In this document: positions 40,226-50,721 of the stretch, one piece after another
How positions within the stretch are numbered: position 1 is the stretch's first letter
Layout: every line of letters starts with the position of its first letter
Origin: Chloropicon primus
Taxonomy: Eukaryota
DNA: 64,000 bases
Assembly (NCBI GenBank): GCA_023205875.1
Contig: CP060754.1
Location: forward strand, 1,364,001-1,428,000
Direction: 5' to 3'
Made by a program: the position numbers and the translations under genes
Notes under the pieces: model-generated
What the model was told of the DNA's origin: nothing
Seen by the model: only the letters and a program-made list of their open reading frames with translations
The model's database searches: none

Positions 40226-41734
40226 TTACGAATTGGCATCGATCCATTCGATGACGTGCTGGCGATTGAAGAACTTCGCCTCTCTTCTGCAATCCGCTGG
40301 GTTCCAATCACAAGGCGGGTCCTGGCTTCGAGCCCACTGCAGAACCTCAAGGTGACCTCCTTCAGCTGCCCACTCACAAGTCATTTCGTCCCAAGGGCAA
40401 GGCGGGTCCTGGCTTCGAGCCCACTGCAGAAGGTGAAGGCGACCATCTCGAGCTGCCCAAGAACAAGTCTCCGCGTTCCAAGGGCAAGGCGGGGTCTGAC
40501 TTCGAAGCCACTTCAGAACGTCAATGTGACCGAATCGAGCTGCTAAAGCACAAGTCATCCAGTTCCAATCACAAGGCGGGTCCTGGCTTCGAACCCACTG
40601 CAGAACAGCAAGGTGACCTCGTTTAGCTGCCAATTCACAAGTCTGCCGGTCCCAAGGGCAAGGCGGGGTCTGACTTCGAGCCCACTGCAGGACATCAAGG
40701 TGACCTCCTGCAGCTGCCTCTCTACAAGTCCCCGAGTCCCAACGGCAAGGCGGGTCCTGACTTCGAGCCCACTTCAGAACATCAAGGTGACCTCCTGCAG
40801 CTGCCCCCCAACAAGTACTCGCGCCCCAATCACAAGGCGGGTCCTGGCTTCGAGCCCACTGCAGAACGTCAAGGTGACCTCTTCGAGCTGCAGCCCAACA
40901 AGTCCCCGAGTCCCAATCACAAGGCGGGTCCTGACTTCGAGCCCACTTCAGAACATCAAGGTGACCTCCTCGAGCTGCATATTCACAAGTCCCCGCGTCC
41001 CAATCACAAGGCGGGTCCTGGCTTCGAGCCCACTGCAGAACGTCAAGGTGACCTCTTCGAGCTGCCACTGAACAAGTCCTCTTGTCCCAAGGGCAAGGCG
41101 GGTCCTGGCTTCGAACCCACTGCAGAACCTCAAGGTGACCTCCTGCAGCTGCCCCTCTACAAGTCTCTTCATCAAACCAGCACCCCTCGCTCCTCAACCA
41201 TTCGAGCAACTCAATATGACCTCCGCAAGCAGCTCCTTTAGCTGCTACCACCGATGCGGGTACCCCATCGTCATCCTCGCGCTCCATACCATCGTCATCC
41301 TCGCGCTCCATATCCAAAGGGATCCCTTGGCTCACCAACCACTTGATCACCTTCTTGCTGCCCTGGAAAGCGGCGAGGTGCAGCAGGTCAGAGTCGTACA
41401 AGTGATCGTAGTATTCCCAGTTATGCCGTGCTCCCTTCCTCCTTTTGAACGACCGAAGCACCCACTGGAACCAACCCAAACTGAAGCGAGGCATCTGCTC
41501 GAACAACTTGTCGTCCGTCAGGTCCGTCTTCAGAGCAACCTTCTTCTTCGGATCAGGGTTCGCCGTCGCCATTGTCACCGCCTCGAGGAACGTCCTGCAG
41601 GTAAACCCGTAAGCGACCCGGTCGAAGTCGGCCACATGCTTGCCAATGATGCGCCATGCACTACCTGGCAACACCTCCAGCGCGTGTTTGGGCTCAATCC
41701 TCTGCCTCTTGCTCGCTCCCCTCGTCTCCTCCAT
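40226..41734 (-). CDS. Ankyrin-like tandem repeat protein (ten 29-aa units) with an F-box-like N-terminus
   Basis: 87-nt units encoding 'GHLDVLQWARSQDPPCxWxxxTCxxAAxx'; N-terminal 'LEVLPGSAWRIIGKHV..TCRTF'. Confidence 0.88.
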   Translation of the reverse strand: MEETRGASKRQRIEPKHALEVLPGSAWRIIGKHVADFDRVAYGFTCRTFLEAVTMATANPDPKKKVALKTDLTDDKLFEQMPRFSLGWFQWVLRSFKRRKGARHNWEYYDHLYDSDLLHLAAFQGSKKVIKWLVSQGIPLDMEREDDDGMEREDDDGVPASVVAAKGAACGGHIELLEWLRSEGCWFDEETCRGAAAGGHLEVLQWVRSQDPPCPWDKRTCSVAARRGHLDVLQWARSQDPPCDWDAGTCEYAARGGHLDVLKWARSQDPPCDWDSGTCWAAARRGHLDVLQWARSQDPPCDWGASTCWGAAAGGHLDVLKWARSQDPPCRWDSGTCREAAAGGHLDVLQWARSQTPPCPWDRQTCELAAKRGHLAVLQWVRSQDPPCDWNWMTCALAARFGHIDVLKWLRSQTPPCPWNAETCSWAARDGRLHLLQWARSQDPPCPWDEMTCEWAAEGGHLEVLQWARSQDPPCDWNPADCRREAKFFNRQHVIEWIDANS

Positions 41735-41918
41735 CTTCACTTCCGTGCTCCTCAGACGATCCTCACCACCGGGTCCTTCTTGTCGCGCGCGAGGGCTCGT
41801 TCGAGCAAGAGACGATGACGACGACCTTCCTGTCCTCCGCCTCTCTCTTTTCCTCCTCTGCGCGCTCCCGTACTCGTTTGTTTCTCTTCTCGCCTCGTCC
41901 TCGTTCGCCCTCGCCGTC

Positions 41919-42015
41919 CTCCTCGCCGTCCTCCGCCGTTACGATCAACGATCTCGTTGTCCTTGTATAATTAACGTCTCTCACAGAATCCTTCTCTCCC
42001 GGAGCATAAGTTAGA
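41919..42015 (-). repeat. Right arm of ~100-bp inverted repeat abutting the tRNA-Leu(AAG) 3' end
   Basis: Minus strand TCTAACTTATGCTCCGGGAGAGAAGGATTCTGTGAGAGACGTTAATT... Confidence 0.9.
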
Positions 42016-42095
42016 TGACGCCAGTGGGATTTGAACCCACGCCCCGGAGGACAGGAACCTTACTCCTGCGCCTTGGACCACTCGGCCATAGCGTC
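42016..42095 (-). tRNA. trnL-AAG: tRNA-Leu(AAG)
   Basis: GACGCTA/TGGCGTC acceptor; CAGGA-GTAAGGT-TCCTG anticodon arm; GTTCAAATC T-loop. Confidence 0.9.
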
Positions 42096-42229
42096 GTGTG
42101 CGTTGAAATCGCACGTTGCACAAAAATGTGTTTTTTCTCTATGTATACCACACCCCGGAGCCCGGCGCAGAAGCGCGCCGACTCCGACGCGGCCGGCGTC
42201 TCTTGCCGACGACTGTGTACTCCTCGAGG

Positions 42230-43870
42230 ATGGCGCGCAGGCGCACGGCGGAGAAGCGGCGCGCCCGGAAGGAGAGGAAGAGGGTGAGCGCGCTCGCCCT
42301 GCGACTGAAGCGTGCGTCGGCGTCTTCGGCTCTGGCCCGCGCCCGTGACGGCGAGGACGTGGAGGTCGTGTACGAGGCGGAGCAAGTCCTGCCGGGGACC
42401 GACGAGGCGTTCCGAGAGGTTTGGGAGAGGTTCTACGGAGGCGAGGAGGAGGAGGCGGCGGCGGAGGACAACGGCGACGGCGATGTGAAGGAGCCGACGT
42501 ACTCGTCGCCGGCGGCTCCTTCCCATGCCGATGATGATGGTGATGATGATGATGTTGATGATGATGATGATGATGTTGATGATGACCACCAGCACAACAA
42601 CAACAACAAGAACAACATCAAGAACAAGAAGAAGAAGAAGAAGAAGTTCCCGCTGTCCCAACTGAAGCAGGTTTGCCCTCGGCCGGAGGTGGTGGAGGGC
42701 TGGGACGCGGACGCCAAGGACCCGGAGCTCCTCGTTCTGCTGAAGAGCTGCAGGAACACGGTTCCGGTTCCGTCGCACTGGTCGCACAAGCGGCACTACC
42801 TCCAGGGGAAGCGAGGGATCGAGAAGCCGCCCTTCAGGCTGCCGGCGTTCATCAGCGCGACCGGGATCGAGGGCATGAGGCAGACCGGCGGGTTCCAGGA
42901 GGACTCGGAGGAGACGAAGCTGAAGACGCAGGGCAGGGAGAGGATGAACCCGAAGATGGGAAAGATCGAGATCGACTACCAGGTCCTGCACGACGCGTTC
43001 TTCAAGCACCAGACCAAGCCCAAGCTGAGCGAGTTTGGGGAGGTGTACTACGAGGGCAAGGAGTACGAGGCGGAGCTGAAGGAGAAGAGGCCGGGGATGC
43101 CGCTGTCGCGGGAGGTCAGGGTCGCCTTGGGGATGGCGCGGGCCCCCCAGGGCCTCGGGGGCATGGCGGAGGCGGCCGGCGGCCCCGAGGAGGGCGTCGT
43201 CCCCCCGCCCTGGCTCATCAACATGCAGAGGTACGGCCCGCCGCCTTCCTACCCGCACCTGGTGATCCCCGGGCTGAACGCCCCCATCCCGAGGGGCGCC
43301 AGCTTCGGGTACCACCCGGGCGGCTGGGGCAAGCCTCCCGTGGACGAGTTCGGCAACCCCTTGTACGGCGACGTCTTCGGGACCAGGAGCGGGGGGAGGT
43401 TCCGCGGCAGGGGCGGCGCCTTGGAGAAGGACGGGGACGTGTCCACGAGCGTGGACTTCGCCTGGGGGGCCATGGAGAGCGAGGAGGAGAGCGAGTCCGA
43501 GTACGAGGAGGTGGAGAACCCGGAGGACTTGGAGGACGACGACGACGACGACGTCGTCGTCGGCATGGAGGAGGACGACATGGTCACGGGCGACGACCAA
43601 GCGGCCCAGGAGGAGGACTTGGAGGAGGATCCAGCCAAGCCTCCGGAGGCCATCAACCTCAGGAAGGACGACGGGAAGTCCGAGGAGCTCTACACCGTCT
43701 TGGAGGAGGCGAAGAAGTCCGTGGGCGAGGGGGAGCTGATGGGCAGCGACAAGGTGTACGTGGTGGGGGGAAAGGTTGGGTTGACGGGAGCCGCCGCGGA
43801 GAAAAACCCGCAGCAGCAGCAAGACAAGGAGAAGAAGAAGAAGAAGAAGGAGAAGGAATTCAAGTTCTGA
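42230..43870 (+). CDS. SF3B2: Splicing factor 3B subunit 2 (SAP145/Cus1)
   Basis: 'RNTVPVPSHWSHKRHYLQGKRGIEKPPF', 'IDYQVLHDAFF', PSP domain 'PPPWLINMQRYGPPPSYP', terminal 'EFKF'. Confidence 0.95.
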   Translation: MARRRTAEKRRARKERKRVSALALRLKRASASSALARARDGEDVEVVYEAEQVLPGTDEAFREVWERFYGGEEEEAAAEDNGDGDVKEPTYSSPAAPSHADDDGDDDDVDDDDDDVDDDHQHNNNNKNNIKNKKKKKKKFPLSQLKQVCPRPEVVEGWDADAKDPELLVLLKSCRNTVPVPSHWSHKRHYLQGKRGIEKPPFRLPAFISATGIEGMRQTGGFQEDSEETKLKTQGRERMNPKMGKIEIDYQVLHDAFFKHQTKPKLSEFGEVYYEGKEYEAELKEKRPGMPLSREVRVALGMARAPQGLGGMAEAAGGPEEGVVPPPWLINMQRYGPPPSYPHLVIPGLNAPIPRGASFGYHPGGWGKPPVDEFGNPLYGDVFGTRSGGRFRGRGGALEKDGDVSTSVDFAWGAMESEEESESEYEEVENPEDLEDDDDDDVVVGMEEDDMVTGDDQAAQEEDLEEDPAKPPEAINLRKDDGKSEELYTVLEEAKKSVGEGELMGSDKVYVVGGKVGLTGAAAEKNPQQQQDKEKKKKKKEKEFKF

Positions 43871-44382
43871 TGCATGGAATAATAATAATAATAATAGTAG
43901 TAACAAAACAAGGAAGAATCAAATCATGGTCGTCGTCGTCGTCCTCCTCCTCCTCGCGTCTATCCCGTAATAATCCCTCCGCTCCTCTTCCTTGCCCTTT
44001 CCATCTCTTGCTCAACCTTCACCATCATCTCTTGATATCATGCTATCACGAGCAGCAGCACCACCACCACCATCATCCCACGCAGCCGCCAAAAAAGACG
44101 GCTGGAGGGCAGCGGGAGACAATGTCGATCCACCCCTCGCCCACCATCCATCATCATCCATCCATCTTCCTATCTTCCCAGAGGCAGGCCGCTCTGATGA
44201 TCCTCTCCTCCGAGCCGCGTTTTGCTTCTGAAAAGTTTACGTTTCGTTTGAAAACCTTTCTTCTCAAAAATCTTCTTCTTCTTCTTTTGACTTTGGTGAA
44301 GCCAAACGAATAGAGGGTTACGATCAGAGGGTGACGATCAGAGGGTGCTCATCCAGCAGAACCGCAGACACCGGTCGTCACC

Positions 44383-47300
44383 ATGAGGCGGAAACCTCAC
44401 AACTCCTCCTCCAACTCCTCGCTCCTCTTCCTCTGTCTCCTCTTGTGTCTTGCACACCCACGCCAAGCAGTGGCGACCCAGTCCTCCGAGTCCTGGTCAC
44501 CTTTGAGGGCGTACGTGCACACTCCAGGGCTGGTGGAGGACTACGGGAGAGCCTGCTACGCGTCCTCTTCCTCTTACGTGAAGTTTGGGTCGCCTGCTGG
44601 GTGCGGTGCGGGTTGCCAGCACGTGGACACGGTGACACAGGTGAGCAGCCAGTACATCTACGAGGGGCAGCAGACGAGCGCTTACTTGGTGGGAAAGCCG
44701 AGTGACGATGACTCACCGTCCCCGGCGTCGACCCCGCCGACCCTCGGCCAGACCTTAAAGTACTCCTGGACCTCGTCTCAGCCGAACAGCGGGACGGAGT
44801 TCTTCCAGTTCGAGGTCAAGACGGCGACCTACGTGACCAAGATGGAGGTGTTCCAGGGCCACAACCCGGGAGCGGTGTCCAAGGTCGAAGCTTTTGACCT
44901 GGACCAAGTGCAGTGGACCGAAGTTTGGTCTTCCAGCGACGCGGATGCCTCCAAGGTGAGCGCGGACGGCAGGGTCTTGACCGTCTTCGCCCAGCTCAAG
45001 ACGAAGCGGGTGCCGGCCAAGGAGTACAGGGTCACCCTGGACACGTCCAAGGTTGTGGGATACAACACCATCGATGCCGTGAGGGTCTACGGCCTTGGTG
45101 GGTCCGATGGGAAGCCCCTGGCCGAGTACACCCCCCTCTGCGACCAGCTCACGCAGACGGACTGCTACTACCAGTGCAAGGCCGAAGACTACGTGGAGGA
45201 GGCCAAGGGCGTGGCGAACTTGAACGCCCTCAGGGCGTCGGTGAACTGGGTGGAGGCTGCCCTCAAGGTGAAGCACGTCGAGAGGCCGGCCAGCGAGCTC
45301 AAGACGGAGGCGCTCCCCTCGCCCACCGAGGCGGCGGCGCAGGACGGAGGCTCCCAGATGTGCCACAGCTTGCCCCTGGCCAAGGCCCTGCAGGGCATGG
45401 AACGCCACCACGCGGACGTGGCCATCATCGTGACCCACCGGCCATCTTTCGCGGGCGCCATCGAGGCGAGGGCCTGCTCCCGGTTCAATGACACCGCCGC
45501 TCTCAAGCGGCCGGCCGTCGTCCACCTGAACCTGGTCCCTGGCTTTGCCTCTGGCGTTGGAATCACCAAGGACTCCAAGCTCCAGAGGGTCTTGGGCGAC
45601 AACAGGATCCTCGGCGCGGTGGACGCCCACCTGGCCGCGGTGGACGCGGTCACGCACTACTTGTACAGGGCCCTTGGCTGGGACACGTACTTCCGCTCCG
45701 ACTTCATGGGGTACAACGGCCAGAACGTTACGACCGAGAGACAGCAGTCAGGGACCACCTGGGCCGGGAGGTACAGGATTCTGCTCAACCTGCCCAAGAT
45801 AGTGGGGAGGGCGGAGAGCCACTTTGGGGCAAGCGGCTTGGAGGGCGTGGAGCTGGAGAACTCGGAGGCGTCGCCTACTGTGCGGTGCCGCGGACTTTGC
45901 CTGGAGTCCAGGGTGTACAACGGGGAGGTCATGACACCTCCTCCTTACGCGAGGGACATGACCTTGGACGACGCCACGCACAAGTGGAGCTTTGGGGGGG
46001 ACACCGGGTTCCTCCGGCCCATGGCAAGGTCTGCGATCTCCCTGGCCTACCTGCAGGAGACGGGGTGGTACGAGCCGAATTTCCTGATCGCGGACCACCT
46101 TGCTTGGGGCAAAGGGGCCGGGAACGATTTTGTGAAGCACGCCTGCAAGACGTGGGGAACCCAGGCCGGGGAGGCGAGCAGGTACCTGTGCAAGCTCTCC
46201 CAGGAGCCGGCCCTTTACACGAAGGACAACCTGGAGAGCATGCCTTACCCAACGCAGCAGCAGAAGCAATGCACCTACGACAGGATCTACAAGGGCATGT
46301 GCGTGACAAAGCTGTGGGGCGCGGACCTCCCCGAGCATTCAGAGTACTGGCTTGCGGAGAGTGGGACGGGGGGCATATCCAGCCAAGTGGACTACTGCCC
46401 GATGGTTGTGCCCGAGCCCTCGAACTCGTACAACAACGCTGGATTCCACGTGGACTGCAGGGACAGCGTCGGGGGGCCTGCCGACCCCACGACCAGGTTC
46501 TTCGAGGAGTTCAGCGAGAGCTCGAGATGCTTTGAGACGAACACGCTGGGCGACTCGACCGTCTTCACGAGCTGCCTGGTCCACAAGTGCACAAAGGACG
46601 GCAAGCTGCACATCAAAGTGAAGGATGAGACAAAGGCGTGCCCCTCTGACGGGGGCAAGGTCACCTTCCAGCAATCTGGAATCATGGTGGATTGCTCGGG
46701 TTACAGCCACCTTTGCGCGATGTACAAGGAAGAGACCAAGCCGACCATCTCGGTGATCTCTCCGTTGGACAGCGTGGTTGTCGCGACGAGGGACCTGGAG
46801 GCTTCCGTTCTGATCGATAACTACGCTGTGAACCAGCATTTCTTGAAAGTCTTCGTGAGCGACGTGTTGTACGAGACCGTCAAAGACTTCACCGTCGTTG
46901 GCTTTGCGGGCTATTCGCCGACTCACAGGAAGCAGGGCGCTCCCGACGAGTCCATGCTGACTTTGGTGGACCTCGGGAGCCTGCCTGTCCGGGCAAAGTC
47001 CTCGACGAACTCCATAAAGCTGCGTTACCAGCTCACGGAGCTGGTGGACCGAAGCGAGGTCGCTCTGTCATCGGTGGAGACGAATCACTTTGTGAACAAC
47101 GGCTTGGATCAGTGGGCAAAGCCCGTCAGCGCGAGCAGCGAGCACCCCCAATTCCCCCTGGACCAGGGCCTGGCAGTGGCAGAGGACTCGAAGGGCTGGC
47201 TCCCAAAGCAGATTCTTGACGATGGCACCGACCACCATGTCGTGGTGGAGCTGGCAAACGAGGTTCAACTCAGCTCCCTGGCCGTTTACTACAACTTTGG

Positions 47301-49560
47301 GTACGCCAACCAGCAGCTGAAGAGCGTAAGCGTCGCCAACGTGGATGACCCGAGCTCGGGCTTCACCGTGGTTTGGAAGAGGAGCGAGACGGAGGCGGCC
47401 TCCCAATCGAATTCTCAGGTTGGGACGGTCAGCTTCGCCAGTGCCCCCTTCTTCACCAAGCAGGTCAAGGTCGAGTTCGACGGGTCCCAGTGGGTTGAGG
47501 TGGACGCCATCAAGTGTTCTGGATACCTGAAGATCGTTCCGACCTTCCAGGCGAACTACTCCACTTACGAGATCAGCTTGCCTGCCCCTGTGTCTGCGCA
47601 GAACTACACCCACCCCCACCTGTTCAGCTTCGCGGTGCCGTTCAACTCGAGCCACACGAGGGACGCTGCGACCATCTTTTGGAAAGTCGTGCACAGCGTA
47701 GAAGACGACGCGAGCTTCAACGATTGGGTCAGCATTGCAGACGGACAAGGTGAGGGCATAGCCAGGCTGACTGGAGAAGCAGGAAACGCCGATGCGGTCG
47801 TGCCACACAGTGTAACGCTCGTCATCGACGTTACCAAGGCGCCCAAGATTGACACCGCGATCCAGCTCAACGTGCTGGACAAGTTCGAGACCGACCCGGC
47901 CGCCGAACCTCTGCTGGCCTTGAGTGTGAAGCTGTCGAACCAGGTCGATGCCAACGACGGCGTGGCTTGCTACGATGGCGCCCCAGTGGCCACCCACCTC
48001 GCGAAGAGGTGCCTCTGTGCCCCGGGAGCTTATGGAAAGTTCTGCGAGCTTCATGATTGCCCTGCTGACTGCTCCGGGAATGGAATTTGCGACGCCTCCA
48101 CGGGTAGGTGCACCTGCGCCAATGGTTTTTACGGCGTGGACTGCTCGGGCAAGCACCCAAAGTGCTACGTGTCCAAGGACGGCACTTGCGAGAAGGACTT
48201 TGAGCTTGGAACGTACGTCATCGACTCCGGCTCCCCCGACTCGGTCAACTACGCGGAAGGAAATGCTCCTCACTCCCTCCTTTGTGATGGCTCGGTGCAT
48301 CCAGCGAACGAGTTCGAGTGCTCTGCACTGAGCAAGGTGGAGTTTTGCTGCCAGAACAAGGTGCTTCCGGCCTGCCCGTTCGCGGCGGGCAGCCCTCCCT
48401 GCGCCATCCCTGGCTGCCCGTACATCTCTGCACCGGACTTTGCTCTTGCGAACATCACCAGGATGGAGGACGTCGATGCTACCTTTGGGGTGAACACCAC
48501 GGCGAGGGCTCTGTGCACCGCCGCTGTGAAGCAGCACTGCTACAGCAACCCCGAGGACCTTGCCTGTGCAGGCATTCGCCAGACCGCAGTTCCCGCCACC
48601 GAGTGTCCAATATCTGTTCCTGTGGATCACTGCAAGTTGTCGGCCAACCACGACTCGGAAGAGTGCACTTCCCTTCTGCCTGGAGTTGCTTCCTTCCCCA
48701 GGTGCAACTTCATGGAAACGGGCGAGGTCCTCAACCCCTGCAGCGTTCCGAGCTGCAAGGCGGACCCCTTCTCCCTTGGCGAGTGCAGAGGATTCGCGGA
48801 GCAGCACTGTGCAAAGTATCCCCAGGACAGGGAGTGCGAGCTTCACGGCCTTGGGGACGGGTGCTTCTTCCTGCCAGGGTCCTCCCCATGCAGGTCTGTG
48901 GACTGCCAACAGTCTGGCTTCTTGAGCGATGCTTGCATGGAGGTCGTGAAGGGCTACTGCACGTATGACAGCAAGGTCGACCCCGAATGCCTTGTGTATG
49001 GATACACCAACAGTCTCTTGAAAGACAAGGTGGAGTCCCTCGCTTGCCCTTGGGAGAACATACGGACCAGTTGCGCCGCGTCAGATCTTCCGGACAAGGT
49101 CTGCATCTTGCTACAAAAGTCCAAGCTCGCGGTCCCCTCCCCTGCGTCGACCATCGTTTTCGACGAGTCACTGGCCGCCAGCGTCCTCCAGCTCCACGCC
49201 AAGGCAACGAAGAGACACCGGAACTCCCTTGCCTCTGCTGGATTGGTCTCCATGCTGATGAACAATTTGGCATCGCTGCAGGCCTTGGATGCCGGCAAAA
49301 CCTCCTTCAACGACAAGGAGCTCACTGCACTTCTTTCTCTCTTCCCCTTGGAAGCGGTAATGGGACAGTACTTTGTACACTACTCGTGGAGCGACCAGCT
49401 CTCACAGACTCTGTATCCTTTACTTTCCGGCTCGGGGTTCGCCACAGAAGCAGAGATCCAGGGCGCCGTCGAAAAGCACCTGTTTGGTGGCAGCGCGGAT
49501 GCCACGAAATCGTACTTGCTCAGCACGGATGCCGATCCAGACTTCTTGCCATTGGAGTAG
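44383..49560 (+). CDS. Large secreted leishmanolysin (M8)-like protein with EGF and Cys-rich repeats; zinc motif degenerate
   Basis: Signal peptide; 'GVELEN', 'GEVMT', 'SLAYLQETGWY', 'WGKGAG', 'DYCP'; EGF 'CPADCSGNGIC..C.C..GF.G.DC'; THYLYR where HExxH is expected. Confidence 0.75.
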   Translation: MRRKPHNSSSNSSLLFLCLLLCLAHPRQAVATQSSESWSPLRAYVHTPGLVEDYGRACYASSSSYVKFGSPAGCGAGCQHVDTVTQVSSQYIYEGQQTSAYLVGKPSDDDSPSPASTPPTLGQTLKYSWTSSQPNSGTEFFQFEVKTATYVTKMEVFQGHNPGAVSKVEAFDLDQVQWTEVWSSSDADASKVSADGRVLTVFAQLKTKRVPAKEYRVTLDTSKVVGYNTIDAVRVYGLGGSDGKPLAEYTPLCDQLTQTDCYYQCKAEDYVEEAKGVANLNALRASVNWVEAALKVKHVERPASELKTEALPSPTEAAAQDGGSQMCHSLPLAKALQGMERHHADVAIIVTHRPSFAGAIEARACSRFNDTAALKRPAVVHLNLVPGFASGVGITKDSKLQRVLGDNRILGAVDAHLAAVDAVTHYLYRALGWDTYFRSDFMGYNGQNVTTERQQSGTTWAGRYRILLNLPKIVGRAESHFGASGLEGVELENSEASPTVRCRGLCLESRVYNGEVMTPPPYARDMTLDDATHKWSFGGDTGFLRPMARSAISLAYLQETGWYEPNFLIADHLAWGKGAGNDFVKHACKTWGTQAGEASRYLCKLSQEPALYTKDNLESMPYPTQQQKQCTYDRIYKGMCVTKLWGADLPEHSEYWLAESGTGGISSQVDYCPMVVPEPSNSYNNAGFHVDCRDSVGGPADPTTRFFEEFSESSRCFETNTLGDSTVFTSCLVHKCTKDGKLHIKVKDETKACPSDGGKVTFQQSGIMVDCSGYSHLCAMYKEETKPTISVISPLDSVVVATRDLEASVLIDNYAVNQHFLKVFVSDVLYETVKDFTVVGFAGYSPTHRKQGAPDESMLTLVDLGSLPVRAKSSTNSIKLRYQLTELVDRSEVALSSVETNHFVNNGLDQWAKPVSASSEHPQFPLDQGLAVAEDSKGWLPKQILDDGTDHHVVVELANEVQLSSLAVYYNFGYANQQLKSVSVANVDDPSSGFTVVWKRSETEAASQSNSQVGTVSFASAPFFTKQVKVEFDGSQWVEVDAIKCSGYLKIVPTFQANYSTYEISLPAPVSAQNYTHPHLFSFAVPFNSSHTRDAATIFWKVVHSVEDDASFNDWVSIADGQGEGIARLTGEAGNADAVVPHSVTLVIDVTKAPKIDTAIQLNVLDKFETDPAAEPLLALSVKLSNQVDANDGVACYDGAPVATHLAKRCLCAPGAYGKFCELHDCPADCSGNGICDASTGRCTCANGFYGVDCSGKHPKCYVSKDGTCEKDFELGTYVIDSGSPDSVNYAEGNAPHSLLCDGSVHPANEFECSALSKVEFCCQNKVLPACPFAAGSPPCAIPGCPYISAPDFALANITRMEDVDATFGVNTTARALCTAAVKQHCYSNPEDLACAGIRQTAVPATECPISVPVDHCKLSANHDSEECTSLLPGVASFPRCNFMETGEVLNPCSVPSCKADPFSLGECRGFAEQHCAKYPQDRECELHGLGDGCFFLPGSSPCRSVDCQQSGFLSDACMEVVKGYCTYDSKVDPECLVYGYTNSLLKDKVESLACPWENIRTSCAASDLPDKVCILLQKSKLAVPSPASTIVFDESLAASVLQLHAKATKRHRNSLASAGLVSMLMNNLASLQALDAGKTSFNDKELTALLSLFPLEAVMGQYFVHYSWSDQLSQTLYPLLSGSGFATEAEIQGAVEKHLFGGSADATKSYLLSTDADPDFLPLE

Positions 49561-49684
49561 GATATGGCTGGTGGTACTAGCGTCCGGCTTGTCGAAGCCG
49601 TGCGCAACCTCCCTTCGCGACCTCGACCACGGCGCGGGTGGTTGGTGAAAATAAAAGTGTATAAGTGTAGTTGTTTTATGTGTT

Positions 49685-50491
49685 TTATTTCTCTATTTTC
49701 AGCAAGCTTGCGATGTTATCCATCACCACCGGCCCAGGCAACCTACCGTCCCTCGTGTCCTTCCCGATCCCTTCAATCAGTCTCAACTTCCTTTGATCTT
49801 TGCTCAAGGACTGCAACTCGCTTTCTACGTCATCGACAGTGACCTCACGCCCGTACCGGAGCTCCATGTGAAGCCTCCTCTCGCCATTCGCGAGGACGTC
49901 CCTCGTCTCGAAGCCGCTCTCAAACCGCTCCCAGTCCCGGACGCTGCTCAGGTCCCTCTCCATCTCTTGACAGGCCTCCGCAGCGAGGTCTCTCAACCTC
50001 GTGGTCTCGAGCTTGAGCGCCAAGAGGCCTGACGCGTCCAGATCCTCCAAGGCCCTCCCATCCACCTCCGTCCTCCTGTAAGCCCCCGTGCACGCCCCTC
50101 CCCTCTCCCGAGCCCCAAGCGCCTCCTCCACCTGAAAGATCCTCGCGTTCAGCTCAGCGATGACGTTCCTCTGTCGTTGCAGCGCGGACCTCAGGCCACC
50201 CTTCGCATGGACGTGGCTCCCCTTCGAAAGGTCCTCCGCCTTCCCCTCCCTCTCCGTCCCGCCGAACCCGTCGACAAGGAGGCACCTCCTCTCCCTGGCG
50301 CCACGGGAGTTCGCCTTGGCGTTGGCAATCTCCTCGCACTTTGCTCGGTGTCCATTCTCTCCCTCGTCTTTCCAATGGAGCGCTTGGTGTTCCCGGCAAC
50401 AATAAAACGCGCTCTTGCACCGAGAGCATCGGTAGAAGGACCACTCCTCCGTGCACCCTGGGTACGAGCACGACTGCTTCCTCCTCACCAT
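49685..50491 (-). CDS. MYND zinc-finger protein
   Basis: 'CSYPGC..RCSRCKSAFYCCREHQALHWK...HRAKC'. Confidence 0.8.
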   Translation of the reverse strand: MVRRKQSCSYPGCTEEWSFYRCSRCKSAFYCCREHQALHWKDEGENGHRAKCEEIANAKANSRGARERRCLLVDGFGGTEREGKAEDLSKGSHVHAKGGLRSALQRQRNVIAELNARIFQVEEALGARERGGACTGAYRRTEVDGRALEDLDASGLLALKLETTRLRDLAAEACQEMERDLSSVRDWERFESGFETRDVLANGERRLHMELRYGREVTVDDVESELQSLSKDQRKLRLIEGIGKDTRDGRLPGPVVMDNIASLLKIEK

Positions 50492-50721
50492 GACGACGAA
50501 ACCGAAACCACAAACGAGCGGAGCGCTCACCTCCTCTCTCTCCTGGCTTCCAGGGAGCGGGAGCGGGCGTTATATCTGAGCGAGCGTTTCATTCATCTGC
50601 CAAAGGGGAGCTGAGCTGGGGGGGAGGGAGGAGAGAGGGAGGGAGAGGGAGAGGGAGAGAGGGGAGCAAGAAGAAAGATCCATGACAGGCGGTGTGTTTA
50701 TTGTTGTGAGTTCTCCTCGAT

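Noticed and set aside
40290..41170. CRISPR-like look of regularly spaced 87-nt repeats with variable segments
   Set aside because: Units are in-frame codons of a protein repeat, the variable parts are short and homologous, and there are no cas genes in this eukaryotic context
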